Source: Alphaproteobacteria bacterium
GTDB taxonomy: Bacteria > Pseudomonadota > Alphaproteobacteria > Bin95
Assembly: GCA_964291285.2 (NCBI GenBank)
Contig: OZ219786.1
Coordinates: forward strand, 352,001-416,000
Direction of reading: 5' to 3'
DNA length: 64,000 bases
A model generated the notes under the pieces. That model ran no database searches and had not been told where the DNA came from. It was given only the letters and a program-made list of their open reading frames with translations. This document shows positions 62,281-64,000 of the stretch, in pieces; the first letter of the stretch is position 1; each line of letters begins with the position of its first letter. Position numbers and translations under genes: made by a program.

Positions 62281-63211
62281 GAGCCTGACCCAAAAAGAGT
62301 TGAGCGGTTTCAAGGGATTGTGATTCAGTTCGGTTATGCATCTGAACGGAGCCACGAATGCCCTGGACCGAAACCGCTCGCCGGGAGTATCGGCGGGACT
62401 GCCCACGATATGCAAGCGATCTGACCGACGCTGAGTGGTCTCTGATCGAGCCCTTCATGCCGTTGCCCTGCCGTATCGGTCGCCCGCGCCAGACCGATCT
62501 GCGCGAGGTCGTAAATGCGGTGCTGTATATGGCCACGACCGGTTGTCAGTGGCGCCAGCTGCCGAAGGACTTTCCGCCGGTCTCGACGGTGCAGCGCTAT
62601 TTCTACGAGTGGCGCGACAACAGGCTGTGGCAGACGATCCGGTTCCACCTGGCCGTGCAGGCGCGCGAACGCGAGGGGCGCGAGGCCCAGCCGAGCGCGG
62701 GCGTGATCGACAGCCAGACGGTGAAAACCACGGAGGCAGGCGGGGTTAGCGGCTATGACGCCGGCAAGAAGGTCAAAGGGCGCAAGCGCCACGCTGTCGT
62801 CGACACCATCGGCATGCTCTTCGGCCTCGTCGTACATGCCGCCGACGTTCAGGACCGCGACGGCGCCCCGGCCGTGCTGAAATCCATCCGCCACGCCTGC
62901 CCCTGGCTGCGTCATCTGTTCGCCGATGGCGGATATGCCGGGCCGAAACTGCGCGGCGCCCTCGACAGGATCGGCAAGTGGACGCTCGAAATCGTCAAAC
63001 GCTCCGACACCGCCAACGGCTTCGAAGTCCTCCCCGGACGATGGGTCGTCGAACGCACCTTCGCATGGCTCGGGCGCTGCCGCAGGCTGGCAAAAGACTG
63101 GGAAAAATCCATCGCCTCAAGCGAAGCATGGATCAACATCGCCCATATCCGGCTCACAACACGCCGACTCGCAAGGCCTTGAAAAACTTCAGCGAGTTTC
63201 GAGTCAGGCTC
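62281..63211 (+). mobile_element. IS5 (IS1031-like) element, second copy matching 36193-37123
   Basis: Same 931-bp length, TIRs and 274-aa transposase (62358-63182); TCA on both sides. Confidence 0.95.
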
Positions 63212-63214
63212 TCA

Positions 63215-64000
63215 GCTCGACTTTGTACAAAATTACCTCACGTCCATGTCCAGAAGATCTCGTTTTTGGCGATTTCGTCGAGGGCCTGTTCGAGCGGGAG
63301 CACGATGCCCCCCATGTCTCCGACGTCCTGCCAGGACTGGCGCCAGGACCAGTAGCGCACCCTCATCTTGTCACCTGAGCCTTTCGGCTGGAGCCTTGCG
63401 ATCGGTGCCTGCGTGGCCGTGAGATACAGATTGTAGCCGCCGCGCACCCTGGTGACCGTCACGCCCCCGCCCCTGGATTTGTTGAACGCTTCGATGCGCG
63501 CCAGACAGGGGTCGGATGCGGCCATGAAGCAGTGATATCGGATTGGATGGCTTCTGTCGCTGCAGCGATGCTGATTCACCCGGTCGCATGCGGGCGCCCT
63601 TGCATGCCGGATGCTTCTGGATTCGAAGGTCGTCATGACACATTTCGACGACCCTTCGAGCGCCATCGGCGATCCGGTTCCGCCGTTCCTGATCGACTGG
63701 CTGGAGCCCTTTCGAGGCGCCTTCTCATCCCCGACCTGGCGGCTGGTGGCGGTTCTGGTCATGGGAGCGTTGCTGGCGCCGGGCAAGAGAACCGTGTCGG
63801 CCTGCCTGCGGGTGACCGGGCGGGCGATGTGCGAGACATTCTCGTCCTACCATCAGGTTCTCAATCGCGCCCGCTGGGACCCGCGTGACCTTTCACGCCG
63901 GCTCGTGCTCGTGCTGGTGGCGCGGCTTGCCGGGCAGGGACCGATCATCATCGGGCTCGATGACACCATCGAGCGCCGCTGGGGCGCGCGTATCAAGGCG
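63215..64000 (+). mobile_element. Second IS701 copy, running off the window end
   Basis: Matches 60460 onward at an offset of 2755 bp, including the passenger ORF at 63238-63525. Confidence 0.92.

Overview
High-GC bacterial chromosome segment, probably alphaproteobacterial (inferred from gene content and codon style), with two parts. Bases 1 to about 18.4 kb are housekeeping: HAD dehalogenase, dapA, smpB, LLM oxidoreductase, nitrilase-family hydrolase, grxC, trpS, nth, a TPP-riboswitch-controlled thiamine-precursor ABC transporter, a PIN toxin-antitoxin pair, tRNA-Gly(GCC), a DD-carboxypeptidase, clpS-clpA, a sulfatase with an exact 75-bp internal tandem duplication, and a PQQ sugar dehydrogenase. 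From about 18.8 kb to the window end lies an IS-dense mobile/defence island. It carries three arm-type tyrosine integrases, ssb, a SLOG/DUF2493-like gene and a five-module C4 zinc-finger protein. It also has a complete type II-A-like retron (a1/a2 repeats, perfect 25-bp msd hairpin, NDT-like effector, YADD RT). A DUF499-ATPase / small protein / DUF1156-type methylase / PLD-SNF2 'restriction-like' operon has a translationally coupled three-gene cassette (two unknown proteins plus a ComEC-like MBL hydrolase) in its middle. A large PIN protein and IS-broken remnants of an AAA ATPase and an S8 peptidase follow. Many ISs are nested or tandem with readable TIRs and target duplications (IS5, IS630, IS1595, ISAs1, IS701 with a passenger gene, a 235-bp MITE). 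The best candidate for an undescribed system is the three-gene cassette inside the restriction-like operon. Family names come from recognising motifs by eye; no database search was run.
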